A DNA stretch of 64,000 bases, taken from contig OX597820.1 of assembly GCA_951406725.2 (NCBI GenBank), positions 103,726,001 through 103,790,000 of the forward strand. The letters are read 5' to 3'. The stretch is from Octopus vulgaris. Its lineage: Eukaryota. Numbering within the stretch: position 1 is the first letter of the stretch; each line of letters starts with the position of its first letter. A program made the position numbers and the translations under genes. The notes beneath the pieces were generated by a model. That model did no database searches, was not told the origin of the DNA, and saw only the letters and a program-made list of their open reading frames with translations. Positions 40,740 to 54,130 of this stretch are shown piece after piece.

Positions 40740-43230
40740 ATTTAACTTAGAAACATCCTGAAACTACAATTCATAGAAAACTTTTCAACTTTTTCGAAAC
40801 TATCGTTAAGCTACAGGCCATTCTTAACAAGATTAAGAAAAATCTAATAGCTCTAATGTTGAAAGTAATTGACGATGTTGCTGGCGAGTACCTGGAATCA
40901 TGTGATGTTAATTGGTGAAATATCAATACCTCATATACACAGCTGCTATCACTCTTAAAGAACACCTCGGAGAAATGGGCAGTATATATGGTAATGAAAC
41001 TCCTAAATGGAAGCAACCTAGATGGAAAACAAAACTTGAAGAAAACAGCAATCTGCGGCACCATACTGGATGGTTAACCACGATGATAAAACGTAAAACT
41101 AACAATGAGTTTACAACTCATGAATTACATGAATGAGTAAAAAAAAACATCTGTGATGACTCTTCACACTTAACTCTTGGGGTGGGGGTAATTAAAACAC
41201 GAATTCGTGGTGCTAAGCGAAAATCTTTGCTACTTCAGACGAATTTTTGAACGATTCTGAATAAATCACAAGTTTACTCAACCCGCAAGTATTATACAAA
41301 AAGATGAGGAAGGAAATTATTACCGATAAGAAAGGCCCCTCCCAAGAACATCTTGAATCATTCAGGTTGAAAATCTGGAACGAAAAGAAAGATTCCAACC
41401 TTAATGGACCGTAGTTAAATGAAGTAAGGAGAGAATGCTGTACCAACATCAAAAGTAAAACATGAAATTGACCCGGAAAATCTCACCATAGCTGTAGGCA
41501 AACTGCATAGTGTAAAAGCACCTGGAAGGGAGCTAATGATTAGGTACTGGTACAAGAGACTGACATTTTACAGAAAACCACTAATATATAATAGCACAGA
41601 CAAATCTTGTGGCCAAGAATGAAACCACCAGAAAACTATCGGATCATTACTTAATTAAATATTATGTAATAAACTGTACACAAGCTCCCCCGACCAATTT
41701 CTCTCCAGGATCATTGCAAGTCCAACGACATAGTAACTAATGAACAGGTGGTGGAAAGAAGTGAGTGCGATGTGCCAAACAACTCTTAATGAACAGAAGT
41801 GTACTCACTGAAGTGAAAAAATATATCGTAGGAGCTTTGCAATAGTATGGCTCGTTTATAGGAAAACCACTTATGGCTGCTGAAGCGTACACATATGACA
41901 AAAGTGCTTGCTATCTTAATTGCTGTGATTGAGAGGTTCACAAAGACCTGGGCAACAATTCTTACACTTAGAACTGAGCGCGGAACTGTCGTCTCCAGTG
42001 TTATAAAGATTTCAAAGGAATATTACAAGGAGATAGTCTGTAATTCTGTTCATTTTGGCATTAAATCAATTATCAATCCTGCTACAAAAATGAAATAGTT
42101 GCATGTTATGGTCTGCAACTACTAGAAATATTAATTCAACCCATGATTTCTTTGTGAATGACCTCAAGATTTGTGCTAAAAATGTTGACAATGCCAAAAA
42201 AAACAAAAACAAAAAAAAACAGATGGAATTAATAACATCTTCAGCAGACATTGTGGAACGGGAAAAATCAATCCCCCAAACCCAAAACCTGTGCATTAAC
42301 GGCTTCATTATCTCCCCTCTCCTACATAAGGACTGCTACATGTACGTGAGCATTGATGAAAACATCATACAAAGGTACTGCGAATAAAAATTGAATGACC
42401 CGAGAATATTATACTGACTTAGGAAAATATAGCAGTCTAAACTCTTATCTTACAACACAATATCCCACAATGCATTTGCTGCACCAGTGCTAATTCAAAC
42501 ATTTAGGATACTTGATTGGTCCATAGAGAAAATCCACTCTATAGACATTAAAACCCGGAAGATACTGACATCAACTGGAAATCTCCACGGAAATAGGGAT
42601 ATTGACAGACTAGTTCAGAAGGGATGAAAGAGGTAGAGGCTTGTGACCAGCGCAGTCAGCCTTCGAATGTCGTAGAGTTTCTTTCAGATAGCACTTGGTA
42701 TACAACTGCAGCAAAAGTAAATATATTAACTTAGTGCGGAAACCTAAAGAGAGCGATATGCTACTTGTCGGCAGCGAGCTCCTTAGGAAGCACTCTCTTC
42801 CTGATGACCCCAAAACAGCTGGACTAACATACCTCAAAGAAGACCTGGATGTCAAACGCTCAACATACCAAAAAAAAAACTATACATATCCCCGACGACT
42901 AGAAGACAATAATATCAACATGAAGCAAAGCCTCTCTTGAACCTGTGACTGCTACATTACACTTCGATTGCTCTGTATATGCAATCCAAGAACAGGAGAT
43001 TGCTACCAAATACCTAATAAAAAAAGATGCAATCGAAAATGTAGATTATGTCATACTTCTGTGGAAGACATCATTCATGTGATTAGTAACTGCCCAAAAA
43101 TGCGGTCAAGGTACTATCTTTGTAATGCGACACGACGTTGTTGTGAAAACAGTATACAATGCCTTTCGGGTAAAAGACTGTCCTGAAATAAATATAGATA
43201 ATCCTTCTGTTATTGAACTAGCTAGCTGCT
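40740..43230 (+). pseudogene. R4/Dong-like non-LTR retrotransposon remnant
   Basis: KAPGR...YWYK, QGDSL, FVNDLK, DIDRL..GRGL, IQEQEIATK and CCHC finger KCRLCHTSVEDIIHVISNC. Confidence 0.8.
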
Positions 43231-43329
43231 AAAATGTTCACTTATAAGAGGGAAGCCGAGTAAAGCCACTTGGCAAAGATTGACCTTGAACTCTGCTGTG
43301 CATGCTCACTAAGTTTTAACATTCTAGCT

Positions 43330-43896
43330 CAGTGCTTCTCAAACTATCTGATGTGGCATACTGGCAGTCCCCACCCCCAAAATGGGCCAGGGGCCGGTAA
43401 TATTTCTTAGTAATATTAATTTATACCGGAAATAATATATATAATGAATACAATAAAAGTTGACAATTTTCTTCATCTTATATTTATTTTGTAAACAAAT
43501 AATGCAATATTACATAAGCATTTTATGTTGAGGGATCGCGGGTTCGAATCTCAGACCGGGCGATGTGTGTGTTTATGCGCGAAACACCTAATCTCCACGC
43601 GGCGTCGGCAGAAGGTAATGGCGAACTTCTGCTGACTCTTTCGCCACAACTTTCTCTCACTCTTTCGTCCTGCATCTTGCAGCTCATCTGCGACGGACCG
43701 GCGTCCCGTCCAGGTGGGGAACCTATACGGCAAGGAAGCCGGGAAACTGGCCCTATGAGCCAGGCATGGGTCGAGAAGGAACAAAAACAACATAAGCATT
43801 TTATAATGTTTCTTTCTTTCCTGGCAGCTCGCCGCGTACCGGCAGCTGATGGCTCCCGGACCGGCACAGGTCCGCGGACCACCACTTTGAGTACTA
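43330..43896. mobile_element. hAT/Charlie-type MITE with perfect 8-bp TSD TTCTAGCT
   Basis: TSD at 43322-43329 and 43897-43904; termini cagtgcttctcaaa / tttgagtacta. Confidence 0.85.
43527..43789 (+). mobile_element. SINE family C, 5'-truncated, 15-bp TSD
   Basis: TSD acataagcattttat at 43512-43526 and 43790-43804; paralog at 63078. Confidence 0.92.
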
Positions 43897-44654
43897 TTCT
43901 AGCTCACTTTACAGCAGTAAGGAAGGTGTGTAGCGTGTGATCGTTGCATGGACCATAACAGAGAGAGATGAGCAGAGAATCTGCATCAAATTTTTCCAAA
44001 AGCTTGGCCATACCTGCTCAGAGACCGACGCAAAGTTTTCAAAACGTTTTCATTATTCTCGATACAATCAAGGAGATCTTGTGCAACTGAAACCCAAGTG
44101 TCTTTTTGGTCAGCTGAAAGAGTTATGGCACTAACTTGATAGATACGCATCTCATACCCAAATCTTCAGTGATAATGGATTGAACTGAACTGTAACTAAT
44201 CTGCACATCCTCTGATAACTCACGGATGGTGATTCGACGATATCCCCTCACAGTTGCACGCACATCTGCGATGTTTTTCTCAGTTATTTTGGTTGCAGGT
44301 CTCTCAGAATGTTCGTCAATATCTACATTTTTTGGCCAACTTGGAAACGTCTGAACCAATCGTACACTGGTGTGCAGCTCATACACTCCTCTCCATACAC
44401 TTTCTGCAATTTTGCGTAGGCCTCTGCGACGATCACATGCTACACACTTTCTTCCCAAGCACTGCTGTAAACAGTAGAAGTGGGCTAGAACGTTAAAACT
44501 TAGTGCACATAGACAACAGAGTTTAAAGTCAATCTTTGCTAAGTAGTTTGCTGTGCGTGCTTTGCTTCGTTACTATGGCAACAGTCCGGATACTTATGGG
44601 TCAGACCTCATGTGTGTATATATATATATATACATTCGTGCAAATATATACGGA

Positions 44655-44728
44655 TACGTCCAATAATACTATATTTGCTCCACATCCTCGCGTTGTTGTG
44701 TTTTTTTGTGCTTTCTTGTTTGGATTAA

Positions 44729-44730
<2 letters not shown>
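44655..44730 (+). mobile_element. terminal fragment of the Penelope-like family at 39100
   Basis: cgtccaataatactatatttgctccac..tgtttggattaac followed by (CT)n(TA)n. Confidence 0.65.
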
Positions 44731-44812
<82 letters not shown>

Positions 44813-45188
44813 TTTATATTAAGGTCATTACTATACATAAATGCCTCGCGCTAGGAGGGACTCTTAAAGTCAAAACTACCATAATAAACACATTGTACCG
44901 AATGCGAGGGAATGCAACTCTCGAAGCGAGCCTTTTAAAAACAGATTTAGCTGCAGATCATATGATTTCATAATTAGTGCTCAAAATGCACGTTTTAATC
45001 ATCAGTGCATGCATAATCAAAACACATAAAAATGAGCAAAAAATCAACATACCAGACGAACACCAAATGTATCCAGCATAGTACATAGAATTGTACCGAA
45101 ATGCACCGTACTTAAGAAAAGCTAGGTGTTACTTTAACGCACAGTCTACTGTAGGATCCACTGTTTACGCTGAGAAATGACCTGATCT

Positions 45189-45491
45189 GGGTTAGGATTA
45201 GGGTTATGGTTTCGGGTTAGGGTTATGGTTATGGTTTCGGGTTAGTGTTATGGTTTAGTATAAGAATTAGGATTAGAGTTATAGTTTAAGATAACGATTA
45301 GCATTTAGGATCTGGTTTAGAGTTTAGGATTAGGGTTTACGATTATGGTTAGGGTTAGGCTTTAGAGTTAGGGTTAGGATTAAGGTTTTTGATTTAGGGT
45401 TAGCTTTAGGGATTGGGGATTAGTGTTAGAACTTGGGGTTTAAGGTCAGGGTTATGGTTATGGTTACGATCAGAGTTACGGTTGGGATTAG
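45189..45491 (+). repeat. degenerate interstitial (TTAGGG)n-like array
   Basis: ttaggg, ttagga, ttatgg and tttagg hexamer variants. Confidence 0.85.
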
Positions 45492-46149
45492 AATGCACGC
45501 AAAAGTATAAATGGCCAGGCAGACCACACAATGAAGTGGCAGCAAAAATAAAGTTATAAAAAATTTTCATACTAGTACTTATACGTGTAATGTCTTTAAT
45601 TCAAAGGCAATCTCAGATCGAGTCTATAAATTATGGTAAGCCTATCTACATAGTTTAATCTAGTGTTAAATGCACACCATTTCAAAGCACGAATTTCTCA
45701 TCATAACTAAGAAGGTAACAGAAGGCAGATCTTGAGTTAAATCAACAAATGAAAACGATTCTATGACGCTCTAATATTCTTGTGGGCTTCAAGATTAAGT
45801 GATTATTAAGCGGTTTATACGTAGGCATTAAATTTATTCTTTCCTCAATGAATATCCGGAAAACTGCATTAAGAGCTGAAAGGACGTGTTAAAAGAGTCA
45901 AGTAGGTTTATATTAGGTAGGTCATGAATAATTTATAAGTAGATTCCACACATGCTCATATGGACAAATAACATACACGCACATATGTATATATATATAT
46001 ATATATATGTATGTATATATATATATATATATGTATGTATATATAGATATATAGATATACAAACAAACAAATAGACAGACAAACTGACAAACTGACAAAC
46101 ATGCATAGAGACATACATGTAGACCTGAAAGTAAGAATCCCTTTATTAT

Positions 46150-46180
<31 letters not shown>

Positions 46181-46535
46181 ATTTGGCTCAAAAGCAAATA
46201 GCAAGGCCATGTAGGGGGACATGGAGTTAAGTACAGGGTGGTGTTCATAAGGAAAAAGGGTAGAAAACGCGTGTAGGTATTTTACAGTGATTAAAGGAAA
46301 AAGTAATTAATGATAAGAAGTGCGTGCACATATATGTGTATGTATATATGTGTTTGTGTGTATACGTATACTTATGTATATATACACATAACACTGAATA
46401 GTAACCGAATGTAATACCAGCATCAGGCTAATTGTTTATATTGCGTACATTTTCCTCTTGTAAACTCAAACTTATACGTCTATATTTATGTGTATGTGAG
46501 TGTGGCGCATGTATATGTGCACAAATCTTGTATAT

Positions 46536-46912
46536 GGCCGCAGGAGTGGCTGTGTGGCAAGTAGCTTGTTTACCAACCACATGGTTTTGAGTTCAGTGAC
46601 ACCTTCGACGAGTGTTTTCTACTATAGCCTCGGGTGGACCAAAGCCTTGAGTGGATTTGGTAGACGGAAACTGAAAGAATCCCGTCGTATATATGTATAT
46701 ATATATATATGCGTGTGTGTGTTTGTGTGTCTGTGTTTGTCCCCCTAGCATTGCTTGACAGCCGATGCTGGTGTGTTTATGTCCCCGTTACTTATATGTA
46801 TGTATGTTTGTGTGTTTGTGTTTGTCCCCAACATCGCTTGACAACCGATGTTGGCGTGTTTACGTCCCCGTAACTTAGCGGTTCGGCAAAAGAGATCGAT
46901 AGAATAAGTACT
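46536..46912 (+). mobile_element. SINE family A, internally duplicated and 3'-truncated
   Basis: the segment tgtgtttgtccc..gcttgaca..ccgatg..tccccgt occurs twice. Confidence 0.85.
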
Positions 46913-46923
46913 AACCACTGAGC

Positions 46924-46975
<52 letters not shown>

Positions 46976-46980
46976 CATAT

Positions 46981-47186
46981 ATTCTTTTATTTGTTTCAGT
47001 CATTTGACTGCGGCCATGCTGGAGCACCGCCTTTAGTCGAGCAAATCGACCCCAGGACTTATTCTTTGTAAGCTTAGTACTTATTCTATCGGACGCTGTT
47101 GACGAACCGCTAAGTGACGGGGACATAAACACACTAGTATCGGTTGTCAAACGATGTTGGGGAGACAAACACAGACACACAAACAG

Positions 47187-47285
<99 letters not shown>

Positions 47286-47439
47286 ACGGACTTCTTACAG
47301 TTTCTGCTTAACAAATCTTCACACGAAGTTTTGGCTGTCCGACGGCTGTAGCAGAAGACACTTGCCCAGGTTCTCACGCAATGGAATTGAACCTGGAACT
47401 CTCTGGTTGAGTACCAAGCTCCTTACTACACAGCTGCGC
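46981..47439 (-). mobile_element. SINE family A
   Basis: reverse complement similarity to family A. Confidence 0.9.
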
Positions 47440-47514
47440 ATATATAGATAAATATATACATGTATACATACACACACGTGATTCTATATGTGTATATTGA
47501 TTATAGAAAATAGT

Positions 47515-47730
47515 CTGACAAGGGTCTAAACATAGAGGGGACAAACAAGGACAGACAAGCGGATTAAGTCGATTACATCGACCCCAGTGCGTAACTGGCA
47601 CTTAATTTATCGATCTCGAAAGGATGAAAGGCAAAGTCGACCTCGGCGGAAATTGAACTCAGAACGCAGCGGCGGACGAAATACCGCAAAGTATTTCACA
47701 CGGCGTGCTAACGATTCTGCCAGCTCGCCG
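47515..47730 (-). mobile_element. SINE family B
   Basis: reverse complement similarity to family B. Confidence 0.9.
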
Positions 47731-47951
47731 CCCTGATATTGGCTTATATAGACGCCTCGGTGGAAGAATAGGCATTAGTTCGCGTGTGTGTTCGATTCCT
47801 GCGAGTGCTAATACTCATTTTTTTTCAGTCGCGGGTTTAATATGTTCCAGTATTAGACTATTTTCTATACTCAATATATACTGTGAAAACGTAGAATCAT
47901 ATTAACAAAATTTTCACCCGTCACTATTTCTTAACTCAAACAATATATATA

Positions 47952-48037
<86 letters not shown>

Positions 48038-48038
<1 letters not shown>

Positions 48039-48459
48039 GCGCAGGAGTGGCTGTATGGTAAGGAGCTTGTTTACCAACCACATGGTTCCGGGTTCAGTCC
48101 CACTGCGTGGCACTTTGGGCAAGTGTCTTCTACTATAGCCACGGGCCGACCAAAGCCTTGTGAGTGGATTTGGTAGACGGAAACTGAAAGAAGCCCGTCG
48201 TATATATGTATATATATATATATATGCGTTTGTGTGTTTGTGTGTCTGTGTTTGTCCCCCTAGCATTGCTTGACAGCCGATGCTGGTGTGTTTATGTCCC
48301 CGTTACTTAGCGGTTCGGCAAAAGAGACCGATAGATTAAGTACTGGGCTTACAAGAGAATAAGTCCCGGGGTCGAGTTGCTCGATTAAAGGCGGTGCTCC
48401 AGCATGGCCGCAGTCAAATGACTGAAACAAGTAAAAGAGTAAGAGTAAAAGAGAGAGTA
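48038..48459 (+). mobile_element. SINE family A, full length
   Basis: near-identical to the 16683 copy. Confidence 0.92.
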
Positions 48460-48679
48460 TATATATATCCACACTCGCGCGCGCATATGCTCACGCGTCA
48501 CTGCCGTGGGCCAGCTAGAACAAAAAGAGCACCGCCAAACTCACAGACAAATTCCACAGTTCTGTTTTCTTCTTCTTCTTATGTAGTATGCCTGCAAATA
48601 AATATTCTATCTCGACTTTTGTTTTCTTTTAATTATAAATTGCATAAGACATACTTAATCCTGGACCCACTCTACATGT

Positions 48680-49120
48680 TTACATGTGTATGTGTATTTG
48701 TATGTATATATGTGTGTATGTGTGTATACATATATATATATATACACATATATATATATGCAAATATATATATACATATATACATATATATACATACATA
48801 TATATACATGTATACATATATATATATATATACATGTATACATATATATATATATATACATATTTATACATGTATGCATATATATATGTATGCGTGTGTA
48901 TATATATATATATATATGCATATATATATCCATATTTTTAAGCGGTCTTAGGCCAACAGGTTTTGGGACCTGACGATATGCCATAAAGCTAAATCCTTTA
49001 AGAACGGGAAACCTAAGGTAATCCCATAAACCGGCCTTCCCCATTTTTAGTATAAACTGCTCTATACTTTAGAGTGTGCTTCTTTCGGATTTATGTTTTT
49101 TTACAAACCATATATATAGG

Positions 49121-49194
<74 letters not shown>

Positions 49195-49215
49195 ATATAT
49201 ATATATATATGTATG

Positions 49216-49262
<47 letters not shown>

Positions 49263-49301
49263 GTATGTATATATATATATTATTTTTTTTATATATATAT
49301 G

Positions 49302-49356
<55 letters not shown>

Positions 49357-49427
49357 GTATGTATATATATATATATATATATATATGTATGCATATATGT
49401 ATATATATATATATATATGCATATATG

Positions 49428-49459
<32 letters not shown>

Positions 49460-49531
49460 ATATATATTTGCATATATATATATATATATAATATATGTAT
49501 ATATATATATATATATGCATATATATGTATG

Positions 49532-49626
<95 letters not shown>

Positions 49627-49660
49627 GCACATATACACAGGTACATAGATAGATAGATGT
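48680..49660. repeat. long (TA)n-rich compound microsatellite interrupted by a 175-bp element
   Basis: direct reading. Confidence 0.95.
48964..49026 (+). ncRNA. type I hammerhead candidate in a ~175-bp element (48935-49110) inside (TA)n
   Basis: tgggac-CTGACGA-..taaag/cttta..-GAAA-c-ctaag-g-TA-atccca. Confidence 0.55.
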
Positions 49661-49699
49661 GCATGAAAACAATCAAACCGTAAACCAAATGTGTCTCTG

Positions 49700-49800
49700 T
49701 AAATGACACCTGTTGATAAAAGAGGTGGGGCGGAAAGGCAATTTCAAATCGAGGCTTCGTAACGTCTGCCACTTTTCATTTGTCTGTCACTTCACTGCTA
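49700..49800 (+). promoter_or_regulatory. putative calpain proximal promoter
   Basis: E-box CACCTG 49707, TGATAA 49714, GC box TGGGGCGGAA 49726-49735 and Inr-like TCACT near 49786, in a short unique island before the ATG. Confidence 0.35.
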
Positions 49801-49878
49801 ACTCTTGCGAAGTTTACTTTCCTTCCGCTTTGGCAAGCTTTCTATACTGATAAAACAAAAAACAACAACTAAAAAAAA

Positions 49879-50091
49879 ATGTCGTGTTGTGGTTCTAAAA
49901 AAGCCGCTAAGGGGGTATTCGAACCGGGACAAGATGTTATGCAACGAGGAATCACTTATGAAACAATTAAGGAAGAATGTCTAGCAAAAGAAAAATTATT
50001 TGTGGACAGCTCGTTCCCACCTTGCTTAACATCTTTGTATTTAAAGGGATCTGTTCCCAATAAAAGCAAGATTAAATTTTTGCGTCCAAAG
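49879..50091 (+). CDS. calpain-family cysteine protease, first coding exon (71 codons)
   Basis: YETIKEECLAKEKLFVDSSFPP..SLY..IKFLRPK matches the start of the CysPc domain (LFxDxxFP..WxRP); in-frame TAA at 49870; A-rich start context; phase-0 donor AAG|GTAAGT at the position conserved in classical calpains. Confidence 0.88.
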
Positions 50092-50451
50092 GTAAGTGAG
50101 AAGAAACATGCATAATTTATATAAGCCTCTACTTTTTTCTCTTCAGCTTTAATATTACTCTGTTTCAGTTTATAATTAATTAAAACTTTGCTGTTTTCTT
50201 TCTTTAGCCTAGTAAATTTTTGTATGTACGTGCGTGTGTGCTAGTGACGTATATTTGTGTGAAAGTACCGGGATCGTAACTCAGATTCTTCTGCATTGAG
50301 GCATTTGTTATGATATATTTCCATTATTACATCCGTCACAAAAAAAGACCCTAGTCGGAATAGCAATCAGAGCTTCATGGAAAAAAAAAAAAAAAGCAAA
50401 GACTGGCTGGTTATTTTACCTTCTGTGGAAGAATTTTTTGTCCAAAGACTT

Positions 50452-50497
<46 letters not shown>

Positions 50498-50746
50498 GTG
50501 TGTGTGTGTGTGTATGTTTCGCCCGAATTCCATGCTTCCCCATCTACTCCCATTAAATTATTACTATTATACTTGCAATGAGCGAAATAGTATAAACATA
50601 CCGGTTCGGTTTTTTTTTTTTGTTTTGTCCCTTTTTTTTCTATCTTGTCCTGTTATTTGATTGCAACCATGTTAGGGCACCGTCTTGAAGTGTTGAGTAG
50701 ACCTTAGTGCTTATTTTTAAGTAGTTATGGGGAACAAATATAGCAC

Positions 50747-50840
<94 letters not shown>

Positions 50841-50845
<5 letters not shown>

Positions 50846-51024
50846 CTACCCACAAAGGGCTAAACATAGAGGGGACAGACAAAGGGATTAAATCGATTAC
50901 ATCGACCCCAGTGCGAAATTGGTACTTTATTTATCGACCCCGAAAGGATGAAAGGCAAAGTCGACCTCGGCGGAATTTGAACTCACATTTCGCTCGGCGC
51001 GCTAACGTTTCTGCCATCTCGCCG

Positions 51025-51028
<4 letters not shown>
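50841..51028 (-). mobile_element. SINE family B (internal deletion)
   Basis: reverse complement similarity to family B. Confidence 0.88.
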
Positions 51029-51062
<34 letters not shown>

Positions 51063-51485
51063 CAAACAGACTTATAAGGGTTTGGCCGACCCGAGGATAT
51101 AGTTGAAGACACTTGACCAAGGTGCCACGTAGTGGGACTGAACCTAGGACCCACATGGTTGGGTAGCAAGTTTCTTAATCAATCCACCACTTCTGCGCCT
51201 GTACACGCTTTGTAAAGTTTTTCATGTTTTTTTTTCTTTTCTCCAGATTTATGTTTTAAACATCTAAGATAATAATTCTTCAAAAAAATATGTATTAATA
51301 ACATGACTTTTTTTTTCCAAATCATAACTGAAAAATTATGGAGAAGGAGTGAGGTGGGGGGTCAATGCATACTCCTCACTTCTCCAACAAACTCAATTTT
51401 TTCTTTGTATATTAGTTTCTGTAATATATGCTGCTTAAAGTATGCAGATCCGAAAAAATTACGGTTCAGGGACGCTTAGAATCTG

Positions 51486-51537
<52 letters not shown>

Positions 51538-52062
51538 TTTACTTGTTTAAATTATTAGATTGCAGCCATGCTAGCCGGGGCACGGCGTTTAACCGTCTAG
51601 TCTAATCGAACCCGGTGTGTTTTTTTTCTCTTTTTACTTTTTTTTTTTTGAGATAAGCATGTAAGTAGCAAATTATTCCACAAACACATGGACCTTTAAA
51701 GAAATTTCCAAGCCAAATCATCAAGTTTTATTCTAGGATTGCGTCTTGATGGGGTTATGGTGAAAACCATTTGAGCAAAATGTCACGCAGAGAGATCGAT
51801 CCCGACACCTGATTGCAAAACTAATTTCTAAATTACGGTTATTCTGGCCTTCTTTTTTTCTGTGTGCCAATGTTGGTGTGTTTACATCCCCGTAACATAG
51901 CGGTTCGGCAAAAGGAACTGATAGAATAAGTATCAGGCTTTAAAGAAAGATAATTCCTGGGTAGATTCATTTGACTAAGAATTCTTCAAGGTGGTGCCCC
52001 AGCATGGCCGCAGTCTAATGACTGAAACAAGTAAAAGATATATGTACAGATATCGATATGCC

Positions 52063-52292
52063 TATTTTTTTATTACCCACAAGGGGTTAAACATAGAGGG
52101 GACAAAAAAGGACAGACATAGGTATTAGATCGACTACATTGACCCCAGTGCGTAACTGGTACTTAATTTATCGACCACGAAAGGATGAAAGGCAAAGTCG
52201 ACCTCGGCGGAATTTGAACTCACAACGTAACGGCAGACGAAATACCGCTAAGCATTTCGCCCGGCGTGCTAACGTTTCTGCCAGCCCGCCTT
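52063..52292 (-). mobile_element. SINE family B
   Basis: reverse complement similarity to family B. Confidence 0.9.
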
Positions 52293-52578
52293 ATTTATAT
52301 ACCTGCGCGCTGAGAGAGATGGAGGAATATAATCTCAACAAAATTTATTAAAATTTAAACTAATCTATCCCTCCATCTGCATGAGCTACATGGATCGATT
52401 GTTGAAAAGTGATAGCCGACATTCAACTTAAATCCGCTGATTTACTTACAACTAGAGTGGAACAAGTGAGTGTATATGAACGTGTGTTAGTTCTCGTCTC
52501 TTTCATTAAGGTGTAAATGCAAAGAAATAGATATAGACGTTTGCTCATTTTTATTTTGCATGATCTCGGTCGCTTTTA

Positions 52579-53490
52579 GGCGGAGAGCTTGCGGAATCGT
52601 TAGCTTAGCGGTCTTTCGTCCGTCTTCGTGCTCTGAGTCCAAATTCTGCCGAGGTGGACTTTGCCTTTCATCCTTTCAGAATCGATGAATTAAGTACCAG
52701 TGAAACACTGGGGTCGATCTAATCGACTCGTATCCTCCTTCTAAATTTCAGGCCTTGTGTCTTTAGCGGAAAGGATTATTATTACTATTATTATTAAGGC
52801 AGTGAGCCAAATGAGTCGTTAGCACGCCGGGCGAAATGCTTTGCGCTATTTCGTCTGCCGCTACGTTCTGAGTTCAAATTCCGCCGAGGTTGACTTTGCC
52901 TTTCATTCTTTCGGGGTCGGTAAATAAAGTACCATATGAATACTGGGGTCGATGTAAAAGACCAGCCCCCCACACACACACACACACACAAGCACAAATT
53001 TGAGGCCTTGTGCTTCCAGTAGAAAGAATTATTAAGGCAGTGAACTGGCAGAATCGTTAGCACGCCGGGCGAAATGCTCACAGGTATTTTGTCCGTCTTT
53101 ATGTACTGAGTCCAAATTCTGCTAAGGTCGACTTTACCTTTCATCCTTTTGGGGGTCAGTAAATTAAGTACCAGTTGCGTACTGAGGTCGATGTAATCGA
53201 CTGGTCCCCTCCTCCAAATTTCAGGCCTTGTGCCTATAGTAGAAAGTATTAGTAGTAGTAGTGGTGGTGGTGGTAGTAGTATTAAGGCGGCGAGGTGGCA
53301 GAATCGATAGCACGCCGGGCGGTATTTTTTCTGCCGCTACGTTCTAAGTCTGCTGAGCTGGACTTCGTCTTTCATCCTTTGGGAGTCAATAAATTAAGTG
53401 CCAGTGAAACACTGGGGTCGATGTAATCGACTAGTCCCCTCCCACAAAATTTCAGGTCTTGCGCCTATAGTTGAAAGGATGATTATTATT
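52579..53490 (+). mobile_element. head-to-tail array of four SINE B copies
   Basis: heads near 52579, 52797, 53035 and 53285, separated by (TTA)/(TAG) tails. Confidence 0.88.
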
Positions 53491-53539
53491 ATCTAGCTCC
53501 TACCCACACGAGCTTACTGTTTATAATTATGTCTACTTC

Positions 53540-54130
53540 TTTCCTTAGAGCAACCTGCAATTCCCTAACTTTAATGTAAAGTTTAATGGGCTTTTTGTCC
53601 TTAATAACCCTATTGCTTTACGCTTTGCTGGCCTAAATATCTTCCAACTTTTTTTGTAGTCTTTTCTCCAGATAAAACCCCTATTCAATTTAAATACAAC
53701 CGCATCATTTTCTCCTGTCTGTTTTACTGGTGCATACAGCATGGAGATGTCAGCATAGATGTGCAATTCGTTTTTGCAGTTGACCAAGATCATCAATGAA
53801 GACTTAGAACATGTGACTGAAGGGCTGAGCGTTAGTGGACTAATGTGATAGGACCTTGCTGGATTATCCATTAAGCTAGCCTTCAGGTCACTTTAATAAA
53901 TTCTCGCGTACCCCTTTGGATTAAAACTGGGTGTAGAATCCCTTGTAGAAACTGCTGAAACGCTGTTATGATGTCCATGACTGTTTCATTCCACTTGACC
54001 TTCACCAAAATAATTGTTCCATGGATGAGAAAGAATATCGAGTTCTACTGTGCTATAGTTCAGTTAAAATCAGCATCTTTTAACATTCATCTTTTAACAT
54101 ATTTTTACAGTTTCTTTTTATCATCTACTA
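53540..54130 (-). pseudogene. LINE reverse transcriptase remnant
   Basis: LHIYADISML (YADD-like) with upstream QG-type motif. Confidence 0.5.

Larger units (their letters stand above)
43258..44610 (-). mobile_element. foldback mariner derivative (same family as 58788-59673) carrying nested insertions
   Basis: right TIR ggcaacagtccggatacttatgggtcagacc; HTH remnant DDEHSERP..RRITIRELSE..SSVQSIITEDLGMR. Confidence 0.85.
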
